DNA of 64,000 bases from Psammoneis japonica. Taxonomy: Eukaryota. Shown one piece after another: positions 12,241 to 24,751 of this stretch. The stretch is taken from NCBI GenBank assembly GCA_008632985.1, contig QPGO01000062.1:186001-250000 (forward strand), read 5' to 3'. Below the pieces are notes generated by a model, which saw only the letters and a list, made by a program, of their open reading frames with translations, did no database searches and was not told where the DNA came from. Both the position numbers and the translations under genes were made by a program. Each line of letters begins with the position of its first letter. Positions within the stretch are counted from its first letter, which is position 1.

Positions 12241-12372
12241 TCTCTGAAAATGCCTGTTCTGCCAAATCAAATGGTGCCTGGTCTTTTTCTTTCAGTGGAA
12301 CAGACCCAATCCAGTGAAAGTCCACACCCATCGCTTTCCAACAAAAATGGCTTTCTCGCCAAACAGCTGTTG

Positions 12373-12507
12373 CCAACGGCAGCCCATCTGTTCGTGTGCA
12401 CCACGGGTGTTTTTTTTGTAAATGGTCCCGTGTGATGTTTTGGCAACGGCAGTCTGTCTGTCGGGTGCACCACAGACGTTTTTTTGTAAACAGTCACGTG
12501 TGATGTG
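12373..12507. repeat. Approx. 70-bp tandem duplication
   Basis: caacggcag...tgcaccac...ttttttgtaaa..gtc.cgtgtgatgt occurs twice; includes CA<->TG swaps. Confidence 0.85.
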
Positions 12508-13184
12508 ATCTTCGTCGATCCTGTTCACTGAATGATCTCATTGAATGGGTCATCCCAGCCATCTCAAAAGCACAGAAAACAATTTTGTTGCTCACAATCC
12601 TGCCAGTGATGATGTGAGACATTTTCACATCACCACAGCGGCAGACACAAAGCAAAAGCTTCTGTCCACCGCACATTCCGCACCACAAACAAACTGTTGC
12701 TTTTTTGGCAATGCACGTGTCTGTCAACAGAGCAATTTGGTGTCACTTTTTTATTGTTACAACCATTTCTTAACAAAGTGATTCCACATCACTTTTCTGT
12801 TGTCAAACATGTGTGTTGACAGAAGAATTTGGGCATCAGTTTTTTGTCAATGCACACATCTGGCAATTGACACCTTTGGTGCCACTTTTTTACTCACACA
12901 CTTGGTGCTAGCCTGCACAGCATCGTGACATGAGGTGCATCTCCCACAGCAAACCACATTCTCCCGAATCTTGTCCAAGTTGCTGATCAACTCATGTTGA
13001 GCAGCAAACAGATGTCGTTTGGGTGACTCTGTTTCTTGTGTTCCGCAGCCTTGTCATTCCCTTTGCAAAACAAAAAAAAGAATCACACCCAATCCCTTGC
13101 CTGTCAGGCCACATTGCCGAAATGGAACCAACAAATCTCTTTTCCGTCCAATGCATTGCACTTCTCTCCCAACGACATTCCACC

Positions 13185-14161
13185 TCACTCAACCTGCAGT
13201 GTTGACCAACAATCCATCTGGGCGTTGTCCTCATTGGGTGCGACATCACGCGGTGGGCCAAGAGGGTTGTGTTGATCGAGGGAGGAAACAGGATCTTCTG
13301 TCGGACAGGAAATTGAGGGGGGGCCACAACTGCCATCGTGATGGTCGGCTCCAATGAACTCAGGAACATCCACAGGACTGTCCTCTCCAAGGGCGGACAC
13401 ACCATCATCTGCAAACAAAACAAATCGGCGGACATTTTGGGAGGCTGCACCAGCGGCAGCAGCATTGGCGGCTGAACACAATCGACCAGAGCGTCTGACG
13501 AAGGGTGGGCGCAGTCCACTTCCGGCAGAGGGAGGACAAGCTGGAGAAGAATTGTCCGTTGGTGTGGGAGGAGATGGAGCTGGATTCCAAAGGACTTCGG
13601 GGAGGGGAGGAGGGGGTTCATCGTCGGAGAAGCCAAACCCAGCAGGATCATCATGGTCGTCCAGTGACTCATCATGGTCATCGTCTGGAGGGGGAAGTGC
13701 GTGGGCGGCAGCAGAAGATGTGGCACGCAGGCAAAGGGACATTTCCTCCTTTTCATGGCAGGGCAAGTGCTTCTGTAGATGAAGGGCAATGTTGGAAAAG
13801 GGAACACGGCAATGGGGACATTTGGGTTTGTTGGTGTTGGATCCAAGGGAGCCGACGGAGACAGAATCCAGAGGATGAGAGGAAAGAGATGTTCCGCCGG
13901 ATGAAGAAGACAACTGGGTTGTGTGGCGCAAAACTGTGTCAATGGGGGATGGAGACCAGATGCTGCGGTGCAGTGCCGAGACAGGTGACACTGCACATTG
14001 TTTTCAGAGTCAAATCCACGTTGTCCGCAACGAGGACAACCAAAAGACTTGGTGGAAACGGCGGAATGGAGGCAGCCAGTTGTGATGTGCCTGCTGAGGC
14101 CATGTTCGGAAAAGAAACCAGTTCGTTTGCACCATGGACAAACAAGACCATCAGAAGACAT
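13185..14161 (-). pseudogene. Decayed multi-C2H2-like zinc-finger protein with acidic/Pro-rich region (frameshifted)
   Basis: CPWCKRTGFFSEHGLSRHITTGC, CPRCGQRGFDSENNVQCHLSRHC and CPHCRVPFSNIALHLQKH lie across two frames, followed by a DDDHDESLDD...PPPP region. Confidence 0.6.
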
Positions 14162-15705
14162 GGCCCATGCACATGGATGAAGAAGTTGAGAAGAGAATCG
14201 AAAGGAAAGAGTGGGCGCAGCAACAATCACTTGGGGATGTGGTGAGGGTGGAAACATGGAGATGCAATGTGCGGATGGACGGGAAGGAAGGATGGAATGG
14301 GCAGGGAGAGAAAATTGAGAAAACAATTAGAATCTCGATTGACGGACACAGGCGGCAATTTTGATCCAGAAAGTTGATTGACACACAATTCAGAAATTAA
14401 AATGGCGCCAAACACACACACAAGGCTTGTCGGATGGGGGGGCAAACATTTAAATTGAGGAATGTGGATGTTTGATGTTGAACATTTCAGAAAAGCTGAC
14501 TTGACAAATCAGCACGATCTTGGATTAAAGGGAGAAAATGTTGGGTTTTATTTCAAGAAATCTTGACGGCCAGTGCGACACCTGGATTGTTGGTGTCCCA
14601 GATGCACCTTGCAACGGCCACGGCAGTCTGACGACAAGTCCAAGTCACAGACGCAGCATCCGGGTGGCTTCACAATAAATGTAGAAGCTTGGGTCTGTGG
14701 TGTCTGAAGATGTTCAAGCTCTTGACAGCTCAGATTTGTCGCAGAGCAATTTTGCCGTGCATTTGGCGTGCATCCAAAAGGTGATGCGGAGTTTTGTTCG
14801 ACAGAGAAACGCACCATGGCAGTTGTGATGGTTTGCATTGAGTCTCACAGCTGCAAGGTGGTTTGTGACATAGAAACATGTGACTTGTTTGCCTCATTTG
14901 CCAAGCCTGTGCAACACATTTGGGGGTGAAAGTCAGGGCAAATCATCATGCACAGTGCCAAGTCTCCAAAAACAGCACAAGAGTGCAAGCCCAAAAGAAA
15001 AACCAGCTTTGCAACTTGTCATTAGAGTGCAGAGCTTATTTTTCTGGGGCATCATGTCTCCATTGTTTTTGTGGAGTGAACATTCACTGGAGTTGTTGCC
15101 GCCAACGTGCGAGTTCGCCTTGACAACATGTTGCACTGCATTCTGAGATTTTGGAATGTGAAAAAACAACTTGCATTTGCATCATTCTATCATGACAGAA
15201 ATGTGTGAGCTGTCCCTGGCCCTTTTGGAGAAATCGGGTGAGTGAAAGAGGAGCTACAGAAAGATGCGGACGACGCCATTTTGATGGATTTTGAGATTCT
15301 CGTCAGCGGTGGGGTGTCGCGAGGAGTCGTGATGGAGTGCCGCTTCGTGTTTTTGTACTGCGTCTATGTAGGAATGTACGTGCTTGGCTCTCGTGTAGTT
15401 TCTACGTAAAAAGTGTACCAGGCGATCTCTGGACCGCCCTCTTAATCATGCTATGGAACACTTATCGATCGCAAGTTTCTCTCCAGATCTTTGCTAAGTA
15501 ACACCTTGAATACAATATATATTAAAAGCTTCATAATGCGCAATGTCTGGAAGTCATTCTTATTTAAGTAGTGTTGAATTACATACAGCGCCCATGGATG
15601 GTGCGTGGAACCTTCCGCGCCGCACTGATCCCGGCGTGGGCGGCCGGCCGTCCCATTATTTTTCCGTCTGTCATCTTCCGAGCCTAATGGTCTTGGACTC
15701 CCGTT

Positions 15706-16035
15706 CTCTACTCTCTACTCTAGAGTAGCTAGCTAGAGTAGAGAGTAGAGAGAGAGAGAGAGAGAGCTAGTAGCTCTACTGTACTCTATCTACTCTAGTA
15801 GTAGCTACTCTAGCTAGCTATCTACTAGAGAGTAGGCCCTACTCTCTGCCGGTACTCTCTCTCTCTCTCTCTAGAGAGAGAGAGAGAGAGTAGAGTGTAA
15901 ATACCGTAGACGGACTCTCTTCTCTTTCATACGGTTCAAAGATGCTGTCTACGGTACCTAAGGTAGAGATAGACAGGTCTCGCGAGGTGTCCGGTATTCT
16001 CTCTCTTTAAGAGAGAGTAACCTCTCTAGAGAGTA
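15706..16035. repeat. CTAG/TAGAG/(AG)n-(CT)n low-complexity self-complementary island
   Basis: Dense ctag, tagag and ctcta words; perfect palindrome CTACTCTAGAGTAG at 15715-15728. Confidence 0.85.
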
Positions 16036-16216
16036 GAGCACAGCGTAGTCTCTTGCGCGACAAGGAGCAAACCAATTTTGTAACCGACCTGCCTCTTGCA
16101 CTAGTCGATACCCAAAACATCCAGCTAGAGATGATAGAGTTAGGTAGCTTCATTTTCATGTTATGATTCTTAAAAAATATCTCAAGTGTGTCATGAACTC
16201 AAGATTGTGCAAAACT

Positions 16217-19200
16217 TTAGCAGCCGATTCGAACAGGCTCAGTCTTCTTCTCCGCTTCCTCGGCACAAGGACTAGCCGCCTTTTCAGACGGAGGCGATGG
16301 AGTGCTCGCTTTTGACGAAAACGGTGCACCATCCACCTTGGCATCGCCCTCTGGAGCAGCCTTTTTGAGAACCACTGCATTCGTGCCGCCGCTTCCCTCC
16401 GTTTCCTTTATTGCTTGCGCGCAGTCCTCTTCAGCGGCGTTTTCTGGCTCGCTCTGCCCACTACTTCCAAGGTCCTCAATCAGTGCCGCGTCATCTTCCA
16501 ACTTTGGAAACTTGAGTCGAGGTGGTATATCCTTGGGAACCTCCGAGACGGACCCCATCTCCGGACTCTTTTCGTCTCCACTGCCCAGAATGGTGGGACT
16601 CACCGTGGCCTCGCCAAGCTCTGCTAGCTCTGCAACGGCGGGAGAGAGTGGGGCAGCTTCTGCTAAGGCAAGCGCGGCAGCAACTCCATCGTGTGACTGT
16701 GCAACGGCGGCGGCGACGCTTGTCGAGACGGTTGACGGATTCAAAGCAACGGCCTGAAGCGGTTCCGACGGAGCTGCAGTCACACTAGTCGAAGGCTCTA
16801 TTGATACAGTTGCAGACGTTGGCTGCTTTGCTACCACAGAAGTAGCAATTGGCGCATGCGGAGCAGTCAACTGTGTCGTGGGTGCAGTAGCAGGTATTGA
16901 TGTGGGGGTTCCGGTTACTTGGGGCAGAGCATTTGCTGTCGGCATCGAAGGAGTAGCTGTCTCTGTTGCAGGCTGTTTTGGCAATGCAACTGCTGTCTTT
17001 CCCGGCATATTGAGAGCGGCAGGAGCCGTTCTTGCCGCCTTCGCTGCCGCAAGAATGGTTGAGGGAGGCGCTGCCGGTACGTCGGTGGGCAAACTCGTGG
17101 TATTCGGAGCCACTGCTGGCGCTTTTGCCCGCGGATAAGTCGAAGCAGGAGTCGCTGTTGATGCGTTCACAGCTGATATGGATGCAGGTACTTTGGAGGT
17201 TGCCATCGGCGTCGCGCGCGACAGCGCCGTCGAAACCGGTTGCTTGGTGGCTGAGAGCGGTCTACTCCCGCTGACAACTGGCTTCTTGACGGCGTTAATG
17301 GCAGCGTTGGCTCGAGCTTTCGCAACTGCAGCAGAAGGTGGCGTCCAGTTCTTATGCAATGCTGCCTTCGATGACGGCACGGCGCTCTTCTTGTGGTGAG
17401 CTGACCGGGAAGTTGGTCTCGAAGCGGCGGCAGCTGCTCTCGCCTTGGCCGCCGCTGCTGCTTTCATGGCAGCAACCATTCGAGCTCGGTGTTTCTTTCT
17501 CCTGAAATCGTTAAGGCCGGTAAGGGCTTTCAGATTCGGTGAGAGGTGCTCCTTCGGTGTACAGATACCACACTGCTGCGGTCGTGGGCACGCTACAAGG
17601 TGATAAAGTAGATGCTTTACCTTTCGACACCATGGAAATGGACAGACGTCGAACGTTGAGGTGGTTCCTGGGCAATCTCGAACGTGAAGCATGAGAAATT
17701 TGGTGCTGTGACACACATCTCGATGGCGAGCTGACTTGTGTCTGCGACAGTTCAAAATCAGCAAATGAAAAAGGCTAGGTGAGAGACTGAAGAGGACCAA
17801 ATTCCAAATGCATGAAGATACTGACCTGCCTGGGCACGTCGAGGCATGAGAGATTAGAGTCAACAGGCGAGCAGACTCATTTTCTGTAAGAGTCGGGCCT
17901 GTATATTCTCGTCCGAACCGTTCCTTCTCTGCTTCCTCCCCGGGAGACAAAGAGAACAAATCCGAGTCGTCGCTATCCATTGAGTCGTCCGAGAGGTGGC
18001 CAATATCAGAATCATCACTGAAATCCGAGCCCGAGTCAGAATCGCTACTGAGTTTTGGGAACTTGCTGCTCACAACAGGTGCCGACACAGCCAAGGATGG
18101 CGATATATGCGTAGGATTAAGGTGCATCACGCCAATACCGGCGCCTGCACCAGAATTATTGCCGCCGCTTGTATCCTCGGCATGAGCCAACAAAGCCGGG
18201 TGGTACTCAATGGCATTTGCGGGTGATGTAATGTCTACTCGAGGGACCTGAGTCTTGCGGCACTTTGGGCAGTCGTGAGATGTCAGAGTCCACCATGGGT
18301 TGGCTTCACAAGTCGAACTGTATGTTTCACTACACAGCGCACAAATGTACTCCACCGTACGCGGCCCTTTCTTCTTCCCAGCGTTCTTGTTCGCGATGGC
18401 TCCTTTTGTAACCTTTTTGGTTGCACTTGGTGGAGCACCACCTTTGTTTGGTAACTGAGAAGCCTGAACAGCTTGCTGCTGTAGCAACACTTGTCTCTGC
18501 CGTTCTATTTCAAGCCGCCGCGCATCACGGCGTTTCTGCTTTCGCTTCCTCTTCTTGCGTAATCTCTTCCGCTCCTCGTCCGTAAGTATAAAATCATCAT
18601 GTCGTCTCTTGCTTGATGCAGCGCTGGCCATTGCTGCGTTCATTTTTGCCGCATGGCGCTTCATCTCCTTTGTAGAGGGTAAGGCCATGGTGTCAGATGG
18701 CGGTGGATGCTGAGGACCAGTGACAGCTCTTGGCGATACAGAGGAAGTTCCAACGGCCTTCTGGGCAGCAGCTGCAGTCTGCTGCACTTTCTGGCGAGCA
18801 ACTGTCGATAACAACGCTGGGTCCTCCACCACATACCGTGGGCACCAACTGCTGCAGACACACTGGAATGAACTTGCTTACTACCAGGGGCCATACCTGC
18901 GTAAAGTATCTTTCGTTTCTTGATTTCTTCGTCGGATTCCAGCGCTGACCCCTCGGCAGCAGTAGCCTGAAGACGACTCTTGGAACCAAGAGTCGATCCA
19001 TGAAGCTTTTGCGTGAGCGACGAGCCACCACCCTTTAGAGGCTTCCCAAACTGCGACGAGCCCATGTCTCTCTCTAGCGGTTCCTCAGCTGCAGCTCTTA
19101 TTGCTTCGGCTTGTTTTCGTCTTTGTTCAGCGGCGGCAGCAAAGGTCCCCTTTCCCTTTTCTACCGCAGGCTGCAACATCCCCCGACGTGCTGCTGGCAT

Positions 19201-20934
19201 TCCTGCCGGATTCCGCGAAGCACCTTGCTGCGCAGCAAGCTGTTTCGTTAATCTTACCTTGACTGGAAGCAGATTGGCCAGAATGTGCTCCTCCAACTTT
19301 TGCACATTTTCTTCCTCCTCCTTCTCTCTGGTAATGTTCGTCAGAGCTGAGCTATCCAGTTTACCATTGTCTCCCATTGCCGCTTCATCACCAACCGAAG
19401 CCCCAGAGACACCCACCAAGGCCGTGCTCTTGCCCTCTGCTTCCAACCTGCATCCAAGATCGATCTGTCTAATGGTGTCTTCGAGGTGCAATATGAAAGA
19501 ATGAAGTTTTTCGCGACGTTCTCGAGAGCCGGCCGACTCTTCAATTCCCTTAGCCCCTAGCAATTGGCGTTCTAGCTTACGGAACTCGCGAAGCATGTAT
19601 TGGAGTTCCGCTGTGTACTTCTTACGCAAATGTGACATGGTGACTGCCTTTAGCGGTGGAGGCGGAGATGGAGGACCTTTTGGAGCCTTTGAGGGCTGTG
19701 GCACGGATATAGCTGGCTTGGGAGACTGTGCTGCTCCCAAAGATGACGCCCCCATGGTAGATGGTGCTTCTACCTTTAGCTTTGGTGGCGACAGCGCTTG
19801 TGGCGGGATCGATGTACTTGCTGTAGCTGCAGTCATAGCCGACGTAGCCAAAGACCCCCTTCCACTAGTAGCAAGAGGCTGAGTCGAAGGATGCTTCTGA
19901 CCCTCCTCCTTCGTAGCGTTTGAGTTTCCAGTTACAAGATCTGGCGTTGAATCGGATATTTGTGAAGAATCCGATAGGGCAGTTTTCATTGGTAGATCGC
20001 TTCCAAGACTTGATACTCCGGAGACGGCGGTTTCCTCTACCTTTATTCGAGGCAATGGGGTTTCTCTCCCAACTGATTCACATACTGTAGCTGTAGCTTG
20101 TTGCATTATTTTCGTTGTCGATGGTTTTTGCTCTGTGCTGCATAGCGTAGTGCTCATTGATTGCCCGATCTGAGATAAAAATGTGAGCAAGAGAAAGAGT
20201 TAAGAGATTGATCGCGCAATTGACAGTTCTGCGATATCTATAGATCAGCTCTCAACACGAGTCCTTCAGATGTTTCGAAACAATGTTTTTTGCATTCAAC
20301 AAAGATGAATCCAACGCCTGGTGCTGTGTCTTTGGATCACAAAGAATGGAAATTGGAATGAAATAAAACAGGTGATGTGCAGTGTAGTACAAATTCACGT
20401 TGCCCGCCACCACTTGTTTTCTGACGTGAAAAAAGATGAGCCCTTACTTATGGACGATATTGTTGGAGAATGGAATCCAAACCATACTTTGGAGCAAAGT
20501 GGATCAGGTCACTTAACGAAACGAGTGATGTCTTCGAAAAAAATATAATTGAAAAAGGGGTACGTACAACAACATCTACTTATAGACAAAGAACCCGGAG
20601 TGAACACGTGTGCGCGAAAAAAGTTACGTACGACGAAGAACACATTCTTTCTGGAACACAATAATACAATGAAAATACAGTATGTTCGGAGCGAACCCAA
20701 GACAGCACTTCGCATAAATAGGATCAGAAGGAAATAACGGTATCGTTAAGTACCACAAAACGTAAACAAAACAGCAAAACTACTCACCGAGATTCCGTAT
20801 TCCGGTTTCTCTGCCATCAACGACGCGGTCGCAGGCAACGATGCGGCAGAGGCCATGGCGACGGCTGACGGCTGCTGAGGATCGAGATTGGAATTATCGT
20901 TTCCAGATGTCAATGAATCGTCTTTCACGTCCAT
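16217..20934 (-). CDS. Large nuclear protein with zinc ribbon and TAZ-type zinc finger
   Basis: Exon 20934-20788; GTGAGT...CTCAG intron 20787-20170; probable 1-nt frameshift near 18833; in-frame intron 17825-17742. Contains YICALC...CPKC and HASTCPGRH...C...MLHVRDC...CPFPWC..VKHLLYHLVAC...CGIC (TAZ-like). Confidence 0.75.
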
Positions 20935-21586
20935 TTCTGAGCCATTGGCGATACGAATGTGGTTCCTGCTTTCGTCTTGCAAGCAGTCACTTGTCTCGAT
21001 TTTCGAACGCCGATCTTTTTGCGGCCGCAAAAAGTGTTGGCGGATACGTCATACTCGTAGAATAGTACTGAGGAATACGTATGTAGAAATCTGGTACACA
21101 AAATTCAACTAAATAAATCGCTGATTTCGGAAGCTGAACTTTCGCGATGGCGAGGACCAACAATGCAGTATGGATACCTCTACTAGAGTAGTTCTCTAGT
21201 AGTTTGAGTTGCTAGATCTGTCGCCTTGGCAGTATTGAACTATACCAGCAGTTATTCGTAGTTTACCTACTTTTTTCGGAAGCTCGAAGGGTAGTGGCTA
21301 TACGGTACTGTACTCATGAGCCGTGGTTCCACTCGAGAGCGTTTACTGACCTTTAGTTGCTCCGACTAACATTGACTTGGTTTCCATGAAGCCTTCGGAT
21401 GACCAATGTCTAGATGGAAAAGTGTTTAATGTGCATAGCTTTGCAGTGTGCTAAAGCACGACCTCACTCAACACCGTGTGTGCAGGATCAGCATTTGCCA
21501 TTAGGCTGCAGCTTCAGAGCTACGACATTTGGCAACCGGCGATTGCATTTTCGACTGCATTGCAATGACCGACTCAAGAGTTAGTC

Positions 21587-22725
21587 TCACACAACAGCAA
21601 GAGCTACATAATGATCCTTCACTGCGATATATCCACGGCGACGTATCAAAGAAGGCAGAATCAGGCCAGCAATAGCAAGAATGAACAGCAAGAAGGCTGG
21701 AAGAACGAAATGAGGCTTCACAATACTGCCTGACAGTGACAAGGAACGGTTGTCAAGGAGCAGAGTCGCTTGACTCATCATCATCCTCCACGATACTTTG
21801 TCACCCAGTGCCTCGTAGCGTGTCTCTGAATGTGCCTGGTCCGGCAGAGGTAAGCAGTGCTTGTATGTGTCGATGGCTTCCAATGTGAGAGTAGTCACGG
21901 GCGTTGCATCTGCATCAGTAGGAAACATTCTTTCATTCCGTCGTTCCATCAAGAGCCGATCCTCCCTGTTGGCGCATTCCCCCAAACAAAATTCAAAGCC
22001 AAACCCGTTCCCAGCGTTTCCAATGTCTTGACTGAATCCTCCCCATCCACCACCGCCGCCTCCTTGTACCCAAAGAACTGGTTTACAGCACAAGTTTGCA
22101 TGGTATTTTTCAATGCAGTAATTGCACCAGAATCCACAGAGATATTTAGTTTGTCGAGTTTCCACCTGCTGCCTCGTCCATTGCCATGTATAGCAATGCT
22201 TCCTCCACTATCAAGTTTCACATGGACTTGAGCACCCGATCCATACCAGCAACCGCTCTGATTGAACGTTCCACCGCCACCACCTCCACAGGTTGCTTCT
22301 AAAAGAGTACGCTCTACTCCACAATGAACCGTAAAGCCAGCTCCCATCCCTCCTCCAACGTTTTGGATACCATGCTGCTCCAAACAGTCAATAGGCGGTT
22401 TCCACTCTAGAAATTGAACACTTTCTGCTAGCTTTTGGATTGTGTCAATAACAAATGAATTCTCGCCATGCACCATAGCCTCCAAGATGGATGTCAAGAT
22501 ATTGGCCATGCGGAGTAGCATTGCGCTATTGTCCAAACATTGCTCGATTGCATCACAGCTCGTACTACGTTTTGCTGTTGTACAATCTGGAGCAAACACC
22601 GCACTCTGTAGAGCCAATCTTTTGGTTGCTTCCATACCAATTACGGATGCCGTCCAGTTTTGGACTGTCATGGCAAATGAACCAACGTTTTGTTTTATAG
22701 TTTCTTTTTGAGATGATGATTTCAT
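21587..22725 (-). CDS. Hypothetical Gly-rich protein with C-terminal TM helix (frameshift near 22085; 5' end uncertain)
   Basis: Two overlapping ORFs with matching GGGGGG motifs and a hydrophobic FVLPAFLLFILAIAGLIL segment followed by RRR. Confidence 0.5.
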
Positions 22726-23295
22726 GCTGTCGCTTTACCAATGAGATATTCGTCGATTTGCATCTTATGGGATTATTCTTCTCTATCGGAGGGAGAAATT
22801 TCGAATTCAAACTGCAATGCTAAAATCTTTGGTCCAAATCTTTGGTCCAAGGCTATCAATCCACATTCCAAGGATCTATGCTGACATAACGGTAACACTG
22901 TTGACAAGAATACTACAAGTATGATTCATGTTCCAAGGCAGCGACATGAAACATGCTAAAACTTTATGATACCATCGTAAATGCGATGAGCGAGTGCACG
23001 GAATTCGAATCTGATGAATCCATTTTTATCACTCTGATAAACCTCGTGATTTGCCCGGGAAAATCAGCATGCGAACTCCCGCCACGACTGGACACTCACA
23101 ACGAACGCAATTGCAACTGCTTCACAAAGCGACGTGTTGTTGTCTGCTCGCTTCTCGTTATTTGTTATTTCACAACGAGTTTACGAATAAAGCATTTTCA
23201 AAACAGCTACAATTTCATTCTGAAGTTAGATAACAGTCAGTACTGAGGGAAAGTAAGGCTAAACAAAAGCAAGAGCTAAGTACAAAACAAACAGC

Positions 23296-24230
23296 ATGTC
23301 GAGGTCCTTTCATGATGATCCGGCTGTGGGAGCGAAACGCGTGATTGAAGAAATGTCGTTTCAGCGCAAACCAAAGGAAAAGGCGCAGCGTTCTGGTTCT
23401 TACGTTCCCATTGGACCTCCTCCGGCATGTCCTCCTCCGCCGCCTTCACCGACACCGCCGCATCCCCAATCAATCCTCAAGACGAACAAGAAGTTGGAGC
23501 GGCTTCCAGAATTGCATCCAGAGAAATACCCTTTCCTTCCTATCAACACTCAGGTCGACCCGGTCTTGTAAGAAATGTCAATCAAGACTATGGCAATGAC
23601 GACGATTTGAAACAAACATCGTCAAACTCCATGTTTCACTCAACCGGCAGCATGTTGAGAGGAGACGCTACCGTCCGTCCCAACACGGGTGAATCCAACT
23701 CGGCCGAGGGAGAGGGTACGGCCTTGCACGAAGTCATGTATCGAATCCGTGTCATCAACATTGTCGTATCCTCTGCGACGGTGTTGTTACAGAGCTTTCA
23801 TTTGCTCATGCCCAAAAGTGTGACGCATTTGGTACTGGGTGGGTATATTATTTTCTTTTCACTCATTTTATGTGGATTTGAATTGCGTCCGACACCTCTG
23901 GTGGGAGAGGCCATTCGTGATCATTTTGGTCTCTTGTACCATCCAACCTCGCGTGTCGTCTTTTTGATTCTATTGGCGGGGTTGTCGCTGGGGCAAGGTG
24001 GTATTTTGCAATCACTCTTGGCGCTTTGTTTGTTTGGGAATGCCATGTATACACTCTATGTCTATGTACAGTATCCTGAGTACAGACGCATTCATGCCGA
24101 TCGAAAACCCGATGAGATTGGATTCATGAAGAGGTTTCTCATGAAATCAGCGTCATCATCACGGCGGTATACATGGACCAATCCAGATGCGAGTCTCCGT
24201 GTTGGAGAAGGAGAATCCTTGTTGGTGTAA
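23296..24230 (+). CDS. COPI-associated/TVP15-like Golgi membrane protein (probable frameshift near 23520)
   Basis: Pro-rich N-terminus, then four hydrophobic segments with Y..FFSLILCGFEL...HFGLLYHP..RVVFLILL...YPEY typical of the COPI_assoc family. Confidence 0.65.
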
Positions 24231-24751
24231 AAAAGCGATTGTCACAAAACGTCAAGATTAAAGAATAGAGAACCGTACATACCGCCATGAGAGCTCCATT
24301 ACGCAACAAACAGTTTGGTACGAATGCTACTAGATAGTTCCATAGGGCAGATGAATAGGATTCCACTATTGATTGCTTGATGATGATTCATTCTTCAGCG
24401 TTACGCAACAAAAAGTTTGGCATGAATGCTGCATTGGATTCCGCTACGTTCCTCTCTATTTAGTGCTAGCGACTTGATTGATTATTCTTTCAGCTGTCTC
24501 GTTCTTTACCTCTATTATTGCATGCCAGCTACAGTAAAGCGTAGTAGCCCGCCATGCTTTGGACCTCAGCTGAGTCTTGCTTCGTCCGTGCGAATTTCAA
24601 ATCGAGTCCCGCTTCTCGTGACCGCTTTCCAAGGCCCGCCAGCCGCGTGTTTCAAAATCACGAAGAGCCGTTGCTCATCTCAGAGCTCTGCCGTTGTCGA
24701 ATCACTTTCTTGCCGTGTCCAAAACCATTGCATCAAAACCACATCACCACC

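Larger units (their letters stand above)
7385..15449. mobile_element. Putative approx. 8 kb non-autonomous DNA-transposon-like cargo element, TA-depleted internally (block 3)
   Basis: Imperfect inverted ends: atgattaag(ca)gagggcg...ttttctacgt at 7385-7435 versus the reverse complement of 15404-15449. The interior carries four or more decayed genes. No transposase recognised. Confidence 0.5.

Noticed and set aside
7470..15250. Foreign DNA with a natural TA-avoiding composition or alternative genetic code
   Set aside because: Substitutions break conserved residues and a splice donor, and duplicates differ by CA/TG swaps. This fits post-insertion mutation better, though it is not formally excluded.
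12992..15250. Transposase for the 8 kb element
   Set aside because: No DDE, Plavaka, tyrosine-recombinase or RT motifs recognisable by eye.
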